The notes below the pieces were generated by a model. That model had not been told where the DNA came from, ran no database searches, and saw nothing but the letters and a program-made list of their open reading frames with translations. DNA of 64,000 bases, taken from NCBI RefSeq assembly GCF_006345805.1, contig NW_021832120.1, positions 310,001 to 374,000 of the forward strand, given 5' to 3'. This DNA is from Octopus sinensis (lineage: Eukaryota). A program made the translations under genes and the position numbers. Of the stretch, positions 38,365-52,170 are shown piece by piece. Numbering within the stretch: the stretch's first letter is position 1; every line of letters starts with the position of its first letter.

Positions 38365-39990
38365 CTAAGAGATAGCAATTGGACTGGTCTCATTCCTGAG
38401 CCAATCAATCAAATAAGCAGGCTTATTTTGTCGTTTTAATTCATTTCCAACAACCTCAAATACCCGCTGATGATACTCATTAATCCATTCAATCTATAAT
38501 ATAAACATCACTCAATAAACCTCACCTAAACACAACATTTCCACTAAAATCAACTTTTTCTGAATAGGGAAAAGAGTTATTGTTTTAAACTGACAAAATC
38601 CTTCAAAATCCGACTGGATTACTTTCACTAAACTCTCAATTCTGATCCCCAACAACCCATCCTCGAAGTACCCAGGCTCTACCATAGAAATTCAACAAAA
38701 ACCATTGCTGAGAATCATTCCAGGGACTAATGGAATGTCATCTACTCGACTCCTGAGAGATATCCCCATCGGTCCTACAGATAACTAACCGTGGACTAAC
38801 CTTCATAAACATTGAGACAACATCCAACTCCGTGACCAGTCCCATGTTGATAATCCCGCCCTTTATTCCACAAAAACTGCCTTGCCAGTGTATCCAGTCT
38901 ATTTCCTGGAATGTCAGACTAGACTAAACAACCAGTTGTCTTTGGTGGAAAAATAGCTCTTGCTAAAGCTATATGGCCACGGAGGACTCTTGTGAACATT
39001 TCCCTCTCATATTCAGTCGGAGATCCAAAATGGACAGTCCTCGTGACATCTGTGGTCCCTTCCCTGCATATTCAAATGTAACAACATACAAATATTGTCC
39101 CCCAGAGTCACATAAATATAATAAACCTACAGCTAAAATCACGTGATATACCCTCTTAGATCATTCACCAGACACTAGCCTTATATTCATCGACCTCCTC
39201 TCCTTCAATAACTCTCTTTTCCAGCAAATAAAAAAGCTCAGTAAGAGCCACTGCATCTTTAAGATAGGCTAATTTCATTCCAGCTAATTCCGTTGGGTTC
39301 TTCACTGCCTTCAATCTACTTAGTCTGGTGATTTGGCGTATCGATTTCTTTGACACAAAAATAACTGCTCTTTTTAGGAATCTCCATTTTTATCAAAAAA
39401 GAAACACCCAGCATAATTCTTGGGGACAAATCAGAGACCGAAGACGCGGAAATGTGTTACTGTATTTTTCCAAAGTAATTTTTTGAGAAGAAAAATATCC
39501 TCCGTTGACTTGAGAAATTCCAAGATGTCTCAAAACCGCAGAATCAACACGTGATTTGTCGTGGATAAAGAGAAATACCTCTTTTTTGGGTAATGATTAC
39601 ATAAGATAGAAACACTGGATTGTAATTTATTTCAGATCCCCTTAAATTGAGCAACCCTTTAATAAGAAATGACCACTAACAGGCAATCTCGTCCAAGGGA
39701 GTCACCAAATGTACAGAAACTCTTTCGGCTTTCATATTTTCTCGGACTTTTTCGACCTTCTCTTCCCAGGAAAGTCCCGTAAATTTGATTTCGAGTGGAA
39801 AAATCCTTGATTTGGGCACTGCTGGTCTTTCCTTCCAAATTTTATCCACCAAATTGTCCTGAACTGCAATAAAACCAAGTTTTTTTCTTTCCAATCTTGC
39901 TGAAAGTGACTCCCACTGGTCTAAAATATAAAATAACTAAAACTACTGAAATCTAGAAGGGCTGGATCTATATAACGAAAATTCGGTTAG
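38365..39990 (-). pseudogene. XPNPEP1: Xaa-Pro aminopeptidase 1 unprocessed pseudogene, 5'-truncated
   Basis: [65 protein letters not shown] with 24-27 nt introns. It has frameshifts, lacks the SFPTIS...IIHY segment, and has VYEG in place of VHEG. Confidence 0.87.
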
Positions 39991-40497
39991 AATCAATTAG
40001 TCTTAACAATGTTTAAGAGTGAATCAAAATTGCGTAAAACCCCTACTTATTCGAGTAACTACAAGCCAATTTGTTGCCATTTCAAGGGTTATTGTTAAAG
40101 AGCTATTTGGTTATCAATTGTCACTGTGCTTCAGATTAAAATTCGATAATAACAAAATTTTACTTCAAAATATTATTTCTGCTGGTTAAGTAAAAGAAAT
40201 TGATTTTAACGTGTCAACATTGCTAGGATAGATTCTCAAAACTCATCCCATTATTATTTATCTCAAAAAAATGAAGAAAGCTAAAATTGGATTTTGACAA
40301 ATAATAAAATTATCGGACAGTAATTTTTTCCAGTAAATATTGCAACTAAGCGCATCTAATTGGACTATTAGAAACGAATGTTTGGCAATTGTATGTTTTC
40401 TAATGCTTTAAATAATGTAATGCTTTAAATTGCGTATTATTTAATAAAATAATTTTGAGAATGTCTATACGATGGTCGAGGTCGATATACCGGGAAA

Positions 40498-43400
40498 TTA
40501 TTATTATTAGCACTGTCATAGGAACATAATGTAATTTAAACTAATTAAGTTCCCACATGTGCCACATATGAGACTATCTTTTCGGTCATAATTTTCCATG
40601 ATGTGCGGTTGTATGCTATACTCCTGAGAGTATCTAGGTCGTCTCCATTTTTCAGTTGTCTTTTAACGCGTTGTAGTTCTTTTGAGATTACAATAGGTAA
40701 TGTATTTCGTGGGCGTCCTCGGGACGCAGATCTTTCGTCCTTTGCGTAATATGATTCCATTGCCCAGTTAGCATAGACATCCTGGTCGAGTCTTAGAATG
40801 TGGCCCAATAGGCGCCAACGTGCTTCGGTAATGTCCACACTGACGGGTCTGCTGTTGCAGATATTGTATAGGGTGGAGTTCTTGATTTTCTTTGGCCAGT
40901 TGATGCCAATAAGAATTCTTAACTGTCTTCTATGGAATGCATCAAGAGATTTTGATTCAGACTCAGATATTCCCCATGTTCCTCCGTTGTACAAAAGTAT
41001 GGGTTTAATAAAAGCATTGTATAATTTGGCACGTAAGGCCGTTCCAACCTCGCGGTTTCGTAGCCAAGTGGTCCGCAGTTTGTTAAGTGCAACAGTCGAT
41101 AGCATCTTTCTCCTCATAATGTCTTCACTATCTCCTAAAAGAGTTCCAACTTTTTTCGAGTTTCGCCATTTTTCGTCTGTCCTATTTGCCTTTTTCGGTT
41201 GAGTTAGTGACGCAACTCTATTGCACAAAGTCTTAATCACATATGAGGCTACAAAGAGATTTTACTTTGCTATCATTCAATGTCAGAGGACTATCTGACC
41301 TATCCAAGCGAAAAATCCTATGCCGGGATCTGAATGCATATGGTGCAACTATCGGATGCTTTCAAGAAACGAAGGTCAAAGGCGGGCTAGATGAGATACA
41401 CAACGAGTATCGAATCATTCTCCTTCCATCAGAATCACGTCATTATGGGCAGGGGTTTGGCATTCATAAGACCTTTTGGAATTCAATTCACAAATACTAC
41501 CGTGTGAACGACCGCATATGTGTACTACAACTGAGACAAAAAACTTTGACCAACACGGATCGAATAATCAGCATTATAAATGTCTACGCCCCACAAAGTG
41601 GAAGACTGAAGAAGAACGTGGATGAACTAGACTCTTTCTATCACATGCTATCAAAGACCTACACGAGTATAAAAACATCCTTCCTTATACTAATTGCCGG
41701 TGATTGGAATGCTAAGGCAGGCAAAGGCCGTGGTGAAGAAGTGTTCATGGGCAGACATGGACGGGGGATAAGAAATGCACCAGGTGAAATGCTTGTGAAC
41801 TTCTGCAGCATATTCAAGCTACTGCTATGCAATACGGTCTTTCCTCATGCGGCACGTCATAAAACCACGTGGACCGGACTAGAAGAAACAAAAATGGGGA
41901 GTACGTCAACATCTATAATCAAATCGATTATATCATCTGTAGACAAGAAGAAAAACATCGATTGCTGGATGCCAGGTCATATGGCGGGGCACTTACACTG
42001 AGCGATCACAAAGTCATTGTGGCACGATTGAGACTGAAAAGAATTTTTGGATCGCCTCTTTCAAAAGAAAATGAATCAAACCGAATTAGATACTCAGTGG
42101 AAAAACTGATTACATCAGATGTTACCAAGGAAAAATACTCCCAGGCAATCATCGAAAACCTAAAAGTAACAGAAACGGTAAAAGACCCAAACAAAAGCTG
42201 GGATATATTAGAAAAACTTATTCACAAAGCTGCAACGGAAACCATTGGAACGACTGCATTCAGAAACCACTCAAACCCATTGAATCCAAATGTTGCCGAA
42301 ATGGCAACAAAACAAAAAGCCATCCAACTGAAAATTGAAAACACCAACGACAAGGAGGCAAAGGAAAAACTCAAAAGAGAACGTAGGAAAATATCGAGAA
42401 CAATCAAGAAGGAAAATCTTAAATACGTGAAAGCTTTATTAAACTCTCGAATATCAGAAGTTGAAGACTTAAAGGATGGTGCGCAAATGTACGCAGCCAT
42501 CAGACTACTACGCCGACGACAACAGAAAACAAAACTGGTTGTGCACGATGAACATGGGAAAACAATTGGAAACCCAATCGAAATGGTAAATACAATCGCC
42601 GACCACTTCGAAATACTATTCAATGGCAGGGCCGATGCTCTCGATGAGGGTGAAGAACGTTATCTAAACAACAAAATAACACACCTTGAAGTTTTGAAGG
42701 CTATAAAAAAATTAAAAAACAACCGTGCGGCGGGTCCAGACAACATCAACGGTGAATTGATAAAGTACTCCCCAATGGAGATCTCAACTATAATCACAAA
42801 TCTCCTGAACGAGATGTTCCATGGAAATACCATACCGCCTATTGGGAAAGGAACGCTAATTCCTCTCCAAAAACCCAACAAGCCGCAAGGTCCTCTTAAC
42901 AACATTCGCCCAATCATACTCTTGAACACAATAAGGAAAATCTTCTCACTCGTAACACTGGAACGTATTAAGGACCCTGTTAATGAATATCTGTCGGCTA
43001 GCCAAAGTGGATTCAGGCCTGGGCGATCAACTGCAGATGTAGTATGGGGACATAGATGGATCTGTGCCATATCTCAGAAATTTAAAATGGCGACCACAAT
43101 ATTGGGCATTGATATGAGCAGGGCATTTGATACAATCCGCAGAGACAAGCTAATGGAGATCCTCAAAACCATTCTTGACAATGACTCGATCAGAATGGTT
43201 CGAGCACTACTTATAGACACCGAGTTAACGGTGAAGATCGGACCCGTACAATCAAGATCTTTCAAAACAAGCATTGGAACGCCCCAAGGTGATTCAATAT
43301 CACCTGTACTATTCATTGTCTATCTTGAAGCGGCACTAAGAGATCTGAGAAAACTAGTGAAGACTACTTCAATAACTGAAGTGATATATGCCGACGATGT

Positions 43401-43516
43401 AGACTTTTTGTCTCATGATAAGTCGACACTCGAAGAACTGCTGAACATTGCTCCTCATGCACTGGAAAAATGGTTCTTAAAAGTGAACATAGAAAAAACC
43501 GAATATGTAACAATCA
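40498..43516. mobile_element. Near-full-length RTE-clade LINE with an inverted 5' portion
   Basis: The 3' third (40545-~41199) is on the minus strand with a (TAA)n tail at 40498-40509. APE+RT (41243-43516, one 1-nt frameshift near 41875) is on the plus strand. Flanks: ataccgggaaa (40487-97) and ataccggaaaa (43517-27). Confidence 0.9.
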
Positions 43517-44391
43517 ATACCGGAAAATAAATAAATAAAAATAATTTGTGTTAAATTTTTTTTACTTATTTAAATTGTTGGAGACTGGAACAAGCAAAGC
43601 TTCAAATGGAAATTATTGGACAGCATAGGAGGACTCATTATAAGAATATATTAGTGATTTCTGCAACATGAAACCTCTATGCTTGTAAATATGATATTTA
43701 AGCAAAGAGCTAAGACACGACAACATAAACCGGCAAAGAATCAAAATAGAATATCAGTTTATGTACTCGTATTCCATTTTTGGTAAATAAAGGACCTTAA
43801 AACTCCTTCGCCAAATGGGCCGGTTATTCTTTTATTTTTTAATTGAGAATTTAATTTAAAATATTTTGACAAGATATATTTGTTTCTAAAAGTCAGAATC
43901 CTGGATAATTTTAAATTTTATTTGTAATTTGAAAGTTTGATTTTACTCATATTGAAGTGGAATGTTTTGGGATGTATTTAACCAATCTCCCTTTTACATA
44001 AATGTCTTTTTTTACTTTCAGCCTACTTTCTTTTGGCTCCCTAAATGATAACATACGTGTAATCGGTGGTTTCTTTCTTCATTCTCCTAGCTTTAAAAAA
44101 GTACTCAACATATAATTTTTTAATCCTTTTACTTCCAACCAAAATGTAGGTCATCAAATGTATAGTTTTCATAAAGAATATACTATATTACATTCATTTG
44201 AAGAAGCGTTTCAATTTTGTAGTTCATTATGTCCTCATTATCTTTTCCGCTTTATATCTTACATTCCCTCAATATTATCAGCTCCATAAGCTGATTTGAC
44301 CTACAAATTAATTTTGACAATCCAACTCCATGTGTTATGGCCACTCTCATGTCAAAACAATTGTCACATGTGTACCATACAATTATTATCA

Positions 44392-47300
44392 GAGAATAGA
44401 ATAGAATAGTGTTTATTGAGCGAAAAGAAAAAGAAAAACAAGGAAGAAAAACATCGGCGGGGAGATAAAAACAAGGCACCGAAGTGTCTCTTTCCATGCG
44501 TATCCCCAATACTAGTCATGTTTGACGACAATTCTCCAAGACCATCCGGATCGTGGGCACAGAGGATTCTTGTGAGTCTTTTAGCCTTCCGTCAAGTTGT
44601 ACTCCGTAAGCCAATTTCATAGCGAAACGTCTTGTCTTTTCCAACTGTTCGATCAGGTAGTCACTCTCCTCCGTACCGTACCAGCCCTCGTAGCCATATG
44701 TGAGGACTGGCTGCACACACGTTTTGTATACGTAGATGTACGTTTCCGGATCCAGATGGAACCTGGTTAAGCTTTTGAGGATCCTCACACTCCTCTTTCT
44801 CTGATTTGCTATATGCTCTACGTACGAGCCACGACAGTTAATGGTTGCTCCCAGGTAAGAAAGATTTTTTTTTTTCGAGAGATCCATCACATAGCTACTC
44901 ATCGCATATGCACAAGACTCCGCATAGCGACTCCCTCTCCGCAACCATGAAATGGTGCTCTTCTCCGGTGCTAGGGTCAAACCCTTCTCTATAGTCCACA
45001 TCTTTAGCGTTGCAATGTATGATTTCAGTCGTCTCCAAGACTGCGATATCCTTTTCGAGGTATCCATGACCAGGATATCGTCAGCATAGATAACGAGCTT
45101 GCCAGTACGTGTCGACGGCAGAGGAATGTCCGCCAAGAAGAGGTTGAACAGAAGTGGACTCAAGATAGATCCCTGCGGGACTCCCCTTCTAAGTTCCACA
45201 CACCCCGATAGGCGGTTTCCACAGCGGACAAATGATTGTCTTCCTGACAAGAAGCTCTCCAGCCATCGATAGGTCTTTATCCCGGCTCCGATGTCATGGA
45301 TTCTGGAGAGTAGGCCCAGGTGCCACACGCTATCGAAGGCTTTGGCCAGATCCAGACACACCACAGTTAGCCATGCTTCATTTCTGTCAGCACGGGATAA
45401 TTGGTGCTCTAACTCCCTGAGGCAGTCCCCTGTGGATCTTCCTCCACGAAATCCCCATTGTTCAGGTAAAAGCAAATTTTGTGATTCTATATGACCAGAG
45501 AGTCTGTTAAAGACAATCTTTTCCATTGTCTTAGAGAAAGCACAGATGAGGCTAATTGGCCGGTAGTTCTCTTCTAGCAGTGTCGATTTACCAGATTTTG
45601 GAATCATTCGAACAATCGTATGCTTCCACGCCGATGGAAGGTGTCCGAACGTCTAGCTGGCGTGAAACAACATAGTCAGTGCTCGTATCAAGATTTCAGG
45701 GGCCTTTTTTAACAACATCTGAGGGATGTAGTCGAAGCCAGGCGCCTTGTTCTTCAACCCAGCAATTGCCCTTTTAACCTCTTCCTGTGTTATCGTCCAC
45801 ATAATGGTCCCTCGGATAATTGCAAAGAGCCAAGCTTGTTCACAATTCGGTCATAAGTCCCTCGTGGAACGGTAGATTCGACCTTTTGAACATGACTGAG
45901 TTGGTTCCTGAGTACTTCCGGGATACGATCAGAGGAGATATATTTCCCGTCTGGTTCTTTTAGTGAAATTTCAAATCCTTTGGCATCATTTCTGGTAAGG
46001 CGTTGATATGCTTTCTAGAAATTAGGGGTTCGCTTATCCAGTTTTCTGCATTCAGACCTCCATTTACATTCGACCTCAGTCTTGGCCATTTTTGCAATAG
46101 TAGATTTTATCTTTCGATCTCCAATTTCAGGCGGCATTTGATTGACTCAACCCGACATCTTCTCCTGCGATTTTCCAGGGTACCTTTCGTTCTGATCAGA
46201 GTGACAAGTTTCGAATTCATCCGCTTTTGCGTTCCTTTGGGTTTCCATACATTTTTTAATGCATAAACATCCAGGAATTTTATGATTGACGATCTAAGGT
46301 GATCATCGAGATTGTCAATATCATCTCTGCTTCTCAGAGGCTGAGACACGACATTTCGAAGAGAATCCCGCATATATGATTCGAATAAACTCCAGTTCAT
46401 GTTCACGAGGTTGTAACCAATGAACAAGTCCTCCGTAACATTCATAGTCATCTTTATCAACATCGTTTGCGGCACGTGGTCAGAGCCAATGTCCGCTTCC
46501 AACCTCGGTATGTAACATAAAGGACTAATTGATGCCGAGCATAGAAAGAGACCCAAGCGATCAGCCCTGCCTCTGTCTGCATAATGATTCACTTCTTCCG
46601 ATGTAAAGACCGAAAAACCCAAGCTACTGGCCAAGTCCTCAAGGACAGTTCCATCCATATTCGTAGTTTCACATCCATAACTCACATTTTTGGCATTAAG
46701 ATCTCCTGCTAGGATTGACAGGCAATTTTCCTCAAAGAACGTCCCAATAACGTTTGAATAGCGCCTTAGCGACTTTGAGTACATTCCCCCGACGGTTAGC
46801 CAGCCAGCAGTCGTGTGCAGCTCGAGCACAATAAGTTCACAGAGTGACTCCTCCACAATTCTGATGTTTCTTACCTTAAGGTTCGCCCTGTAGTAGACTG
46901 AGGTTCCTGTCCCCGCCACTGAGTTTATTTTCCATGGTATATTAATAGACTTATAGCCTTCGAATTCCACCCTCGTAGCTTCCTTCAGCTTAGTCTCATT
47001 GATAATCAATATGTGAGACTTCGCTGTGGCCAGCAGGAGCCTCAGCTCCGATGCCCGTCTCGCAAGCGAGCGGGCATTTAGAATTGTCAGAGCAAGGAAT
47101 CCTTCCGACATGGGTGGCTGACCTCCCGTGGGAGCGCCACCTTTTTCGGTAAAGGGGGTCTGCCTGCTTTCCGTTTGCCACCGGTTTCAGCCGGCTCTGG
47201 AGGCGTCCCATCGTCCTCCAGCCGGGCTTCAGGGCTTGGCAGCTGAACTCCAGATTTTGCTACTGCAGTTTTCTTCACTGCTCTCGCCTTCGGGGCGGTT
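44392..47300 (-). mobile_element. Jockey/I-like LINE with ORF1 3' end, APE and RT, 5'-truncated and frameshifted
   Basis: ILNARSL..INETKL..GDLNAK..SDH, YRPISL, DLAKAFDSVWH, GVPQGSILSP, YADD. A (TATTC)3 tail follows aataaa. The ORF1 end overlaps the ORF2 start. Confidence 0.88.
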
Positions 47301-47602
47301 ATAAATCGTATTTATGATATTTTTGACTTGAATTTGACTTAATTTATCTTGTGATATAATTCCAATCGATTATTTCATTTTCTGTTCTATTGCATTATTT
47401 AGCCATTTAACCTAACAACTTGTTGGCACTCTTGAAATGGGCACTCACTTAAATCAAAGAATAAATTTTCAAAAACTAAATATAGAGCTTTACTTCTGTT
47501 CCTTTGTCTGACATTCATGGAACCTCGATTTTTGGGCCACTTTGGCCACCCAGGCCGTACTGTGTATTTATTTGTCATATAATAAATATATTTTGACATA
47601 GA

Positions 47603-48617
47603 ATGAATGTATTAATTAGAATATCCATGGATATAAAAATGACTCGTTCATCTGTGCATGTTTTACTCTCGGGAAACAGACTGCCCATTCCTCTCGCACA
47701 GCAAATTGTGTACAATATTGCCAAAGGAAGGGCATTCGGGTACTCAACAGACGTCTCAATCACATTATATCAACTCAAAGGAGACGATTCTGCTCTTGAA
47801 AAACTAGCGAAAGACTTGAAGGAATGTTGCCTTCCTCTTTTGAAAGATGTGAAGATGTGGAAACAAGAAATAAGTCCTGACTACACAGTCGTCTATCTCG
47901 ACAAAACAGAACACGTAGTGGAATTAGTGAATATTGCTAAAGAAGTGGGGAAATGGAAAAGTGGATCAAAAGTAGTTTGATTGATAAATGAGGTGGTGAT
48001 TTTTGGTCGAGGAAATGTGTGCCTTCTGGCCTCCCTTTTGCGAGATGTGGCTATTTTTAACGGAGTAGAACCTGCACTGAAAGACAAGTTTTATAGTACA
48101 GCAGTCACTGCTCACTTGCAAAATTATGTTGTCGCCTGTGTAGCACGACATTGCGGCATTTTGCCTGGGGAAGTAAAACATTCGGTGGTGTGGGGATCAG
48201 AAAATCCAATTCCTGACTTGTCCTATGAAACGAACTCAAAAATTGATGACAATTGGAAAATATTTACAATTAAGAATGTTATATCTTTTTCTTATTTTAT
48301 AGAAACTGACGAAAAAAATATTTCGAGAAACCGACCTGGCATTTGCCCTGTGTCGTCACCTTCTCTATTTGACTACTCCACCTGATTGCACTGTAAGCGA
48401 ATCAGAGACTGATTGGATTATGATGGGAGTCCCCTCAGGTGGTGCCTATGGGCTTGCCCCTACACTTGTTTTTGGACTTCCAATGGTCAAACGTGGCAGT
48501 TTGAGGCAACTCACTGATTTGACTCCTGACGAGTTTATGAGTGAAAAGATTTTACTTGCTGCCAAATCTGAACAAGAAAATGTTGAATTAGCGAATAAAT
48601 ACATGTCGCAATTATAG
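47603..48617 (+). CDS. MDH1B: MDH1B-like divergent malate dehydrogenase (probable pseudoenzyme); 3 exons, start uncertain (47603/47627/47639)
   Basis: GRAFGYSTDVSITLY, ECCLPLLKDV, KVVIFGRGNV, VVWG and MGVPSGGAYG..EKILLAAK. Phase-0 introns at 47972-47992 (21 nt) and 48278-48302 (25 nt) give an open frame. The GAAGQI, DHNR and GNH motifs are absent. Confidence 0.78.
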
Positions 48618-48892
48618 TTTGCTCTAATAAAATGATTATTCACCGTTCAAACTTGTAGTCGAAAGATTTATTTTTGCCAATGAACATACGGCTAAATTCT
48701 AGGAATGAATTCCTTTTCTTATAACTTTGTAATTTGTCACAATAAAATCAACTGGAAAAATATAATTTGCCAAAAAATAAAAATTAAGAATGACTCACGC
48801 TCTCCTATACGAGACTATTCCTAGATATAATTATTATATTTCCTTTTATGTAATGGTTAAGATCACATTATATAAATTGTATTGATTAAAAA

Positions 48893-48964
48893 GCCCAAGT
48901 AGCTCAGTGGGAGAGCGTTAGACTGAAGATCTAAAGGTCGTTGGTTCAATTCCGACCTTGGGCA
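48893..48964 (+). tRNA. tRNA-Phe (GAA)
   Basis: Acceptor stem GCCCAAG/CTTGGGC, anticodon arm ttaga-CTGAAGA-tctaa, T-loop GGTTCAATTCC, and a downstream T run. Confidence 0.96.
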
Positions 48965-49099
48965 TATTTTATAAATATTAAATTAAATAATTTTTACAGG
49001 CAGGGAATATTTAGAAACAATTATTAAAAAATCTTTACAGTGTGTTGATAAATTTTTTTAAGAAATAACCTATTTAGTATCGTTTTAGAAAAAAGAGCA

Positions 49100-49400
49100 T
49101 GATCATAAGCCACTTGCAGTTGCACGCATGATTAACTGTGCAATGCCTCGAACGACAGCTATTCAGATTTGTTGGAACAACTATTACACTTCCCGAGGCT
49201 CCCCATGTCGCATAGGGACTTTTCCTCTGACTTCTTTGATGAAAGAGGTCGTTAGAGGGGCGTTTACCCTAGATGTCTCCATATTAATGGGGATGACGCG
49301 ATACCGTTGTCCAAGATTTGCACATTTCCTGGTCAGTCAACAGCAAACTGATGCTGGGCGATGTCTTGGCTGCTGTTTGTCTGATCTCATTGATGGTACC
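49100..49400 (-). mobile_element. Degenerate CRE-like REL 3' fragment
   Basis: RYRVIPINMETS..FIKEV..GEPRE..LFQQI*IAVVRGIA. Confidence 0.55.
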
Positions 49401-50049
49401 TGTTCTTCCTTTAACAAAATTCGTTTTCTTCGATTGAAACATCCTTTCGTCCCAGTTGATATCTGAGAACCTCCTCAAGTGATCAAACCTGCTCACATTG
49501 TTTTCTCAAATGACGTTATAGCTTTTTTTGGCTCATTTCCGTTGAGTAGCAGTGGTAGAGTGGATGGCCTAAAACGTAATACTTTATAAGAAATGACATT
49601 CTTTGTAGAAACAAAATAAAATATACTTCGATTCTTATCCAGGGTAGCCAATCTGTTATTGTGCAAATAGAAAAAAACTTATTTTGTCATAAGCCTAAGT
49701 ACCACCGTGGCAGAGATCGTTCACTGAAATGTAGATGTTTAGAGCAGTAGACACAAGATTTAAACCAACTAAAGAGTTTATGTGTCTTGTCACAATCAGT
49801 ACTAGATAAAACCGAACAATTGTTTTTATAATTCTGGAAACCATATGCAAAATATAGAAAACACAGTCTCCTAAAGGATGATACACGGGGACTGTTTTGA
49901 TGCAAATAAAAAACGATTTGATCAAAATTGCTTAATTTATTATTTCAATTAAAGTGTCCATTATATAAGTTTCTCAGAATATTTTGATATATCTTTGGGC
50001 GTTTTTAATGTTATTTATCCAGAAATTATTGGAAAGTATATTAAGTAAT

Positions 50050-50930
50050 TTCACCGTCCCCTGAATCAAAACACCCCCTTTGGCTTTAAAATGAGTTGGC
50101 GGATACGAGAGGGAAATCTTTACTTTCCCAAATGGAATCCTTAACAATCCTAAACGACCCATCGAGGTACACAAGGACACAATTCAGAGTGACTGACAAA
50201 CCTATATCATCCGATGTAACTCTATGATCTTCATTTCTCGCATCATCTACGGAGTGCTCAGTCCTCTATGAAACGAGAAGCGATCACAACCCCATCGCGG
50301 TGAAGATCAAGAGAAGTTGTCACCAGGAAAGTTTCCATTCCATACAATTACAAAGCAGCCAACTGGCCATGGTTCCAAGAGATATTGAACACGAAACTAA
50401 AGAATTGCAATCTGTGCAACTTATCCCTAGCCCTTTTCAACCTTTTCTAGAAGATCTCCCCCCCTCCTTCGACAATAATGACATTGTCCTCTCATACGTG
50501 GACGACATCGTATTAGCCTCACGAGACCGGGACATCCAGAAGGCCTCTGAAAGGCTCCAAGCTAATTTGGATCGGCTGAACTTATGGCTGACGGACAACC
50601 GGCTCGTGGTAAACGCGGCAAAGTCCGCCAAGTCCCTCTTCACTTCCGACAAAAGATTGGGAAGGACTTCAATCGACTTAAAGCTGAACAATGTGTCCAT
50701 ACCCTTCTACAGGAGTCAGACGGTCCTAGGGGTAACCCTCGACATGCACCTCTGCTTCTCCCCGCACGCAGACAACCTCCTTCGCAAATGCGAAAAAAAA
50801 ACTGAACATCTTCAGAACTCTATCCGGCATATGGGAAAACAGGTCACACCCGGTCCTGGCGAATATCTACCGCCATTACTTCGAACCATCAATTCCCTAC
50901 GCCTGCAGATCATGTTTTACAGAGGGTCGA
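50050..50930 (+). mobile_element. Jockey/I-like LINE, internally deleted (APE C-terminus joined to RT YVDD)
   Basis: ILNDP..SDVTL..SDHNPI, followed by LSYVDDIVL..VNAAKS..LGVTLD. It shares attgaacacga.actaaa.aattgcaatct with the hAT cargo at 61279. Confidence 0.75.
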
Positions 50931-51729
50931 ATCTTAGTGCTCGACATGTATTTTTCTAAAATTATGTATTTATCTTTGTGACTTGGGCATATAACACTAA
51001 TAGACCTAAAAAATGGAACAAAGAAAAATTGGAACAAAAATCAGGTTAGTCATTTAGAACACCAAAAATTTTAATTTAAGCACAATCTTCTGTGCATAGA
51101 AGATTGCTGGGAGCAGGGTATCGACAAGGTTGCAATCTATTATGAGTAAACAAACACAACATATGCTTGTGCTGTGATTAGTATTGCTCCATTTACATTT
51201 GGAAATATTTGTACACTTTTGGGAGCTAATGTGATAAAATGAAAATTTTGTTCATTAGGCACTTTCGTAATCCTTAAGTAAACGAAGAAAAAAAGTAAGC
51301 AATTGGGTGGCTAAGGGAGAATCCTTAAATGAGAATAGCAAAGTATACATTGTGGGTTGGGACCCATTTGTGTAAATGCACATTTTCTTTCTCTCATTCA
51401 TACTACACAGTCAGTAATTTAAAATACAAAAGGGCGACTGGATGACTGAATTTTGGCGACAGAAAAATGGAATTTGATGGCATTTCACTTTAATGTAAAA
51501 ATAGAATTCTTACAGAGTTCTTAAATTGCCTAGACTTGCAAAAGCATCTATATCCAGGTAAAGAAGATTACTGCAGAGATACAGTTATCTAGTGATTTAA
51601 AATATTTGAATGTACATCTGAAATAAGTGATCTAAGCTATCAAATGAATTTTTTTTAGTATTCTCGTTAATGAGTCTCTATTACACTTACTAGTATTAAT
51701 TCTCCAAAGTTGGGATGAGTGGATTACTT

Positions 51730-52170
51730 TTTATTGCTGCCCGCGGAAGAAGTGGCGGAAACGGGAACCGCGGTTTCCGTGACCTGGATGCCAAATGTGG
51801 CGGAATACAAAAGGGTTTGCGAAGTCTTTGATTTCTAGCTTGAACTCAAGCTTATGGCAGATGTTGGCTTGGTTTCTCATCTTTATTGACTCGAATAAAA
51901 TTGGCTTCCCAAACGCGCGAAAATCTAGTCTTCTAAACTAAATTTTCCGCGCAAATCTACGTGTCTCCTGCATTCCGTTCACTACTCTGATGCCTCAAGT
52001 GGGAGTAGTTGAGTTCGAGGATTAGCATCAAATCACCGTGGCTGACTTACCGGGACTTGTGAAAGGATTCTCGGTTGGTGGGGGATTTTAGTTTTTGAAA
52101 CACGTTGAGCGGTGTCGTTTTTTGATGTTTGACCTTGATCATTATCTCGATTTATTTCGTCTGTTTAACG
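51730..52170 (+). pseudogene. Obg-family GTPase (MTG2/GTPBP5-like) unprocessed pseudogene fragment
   Basis: ARG.SGGNGN.GF, LELKLMADVGL, an intron with a mutated acceptor, GFPNARKS (G to R in the P-loop), PFTTL.PQVG, TVADLPGL and FLKHVERC, with several stops. Confidence 0.82.

Noticed and set aside
40798-44000. Antisense ORFs overlapping the RTE and other LINEs (also 36278, 36818, 45232)
   Set aside because: They are shadow frames of long retrotransposon ORFs.
44150-44390. Y-family polymerase-like peptide next to the LINE tail
   Set aside because: The similarity is too weak and short to support a call.
47399-47599. Small divergent ORF (MTNKYTVRPGWPKWP) head-to-head with MDH1B
   Set aside because: No recognisable domain and no splice model that extends it.
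48893-49400. REL fragment ~130 bp downstream of tRNA-Phe as tRNA-targeted insertion
   Set aside because: It is a single degenerate case, and the other five REL 3' fragments have no adjacent tRNA.
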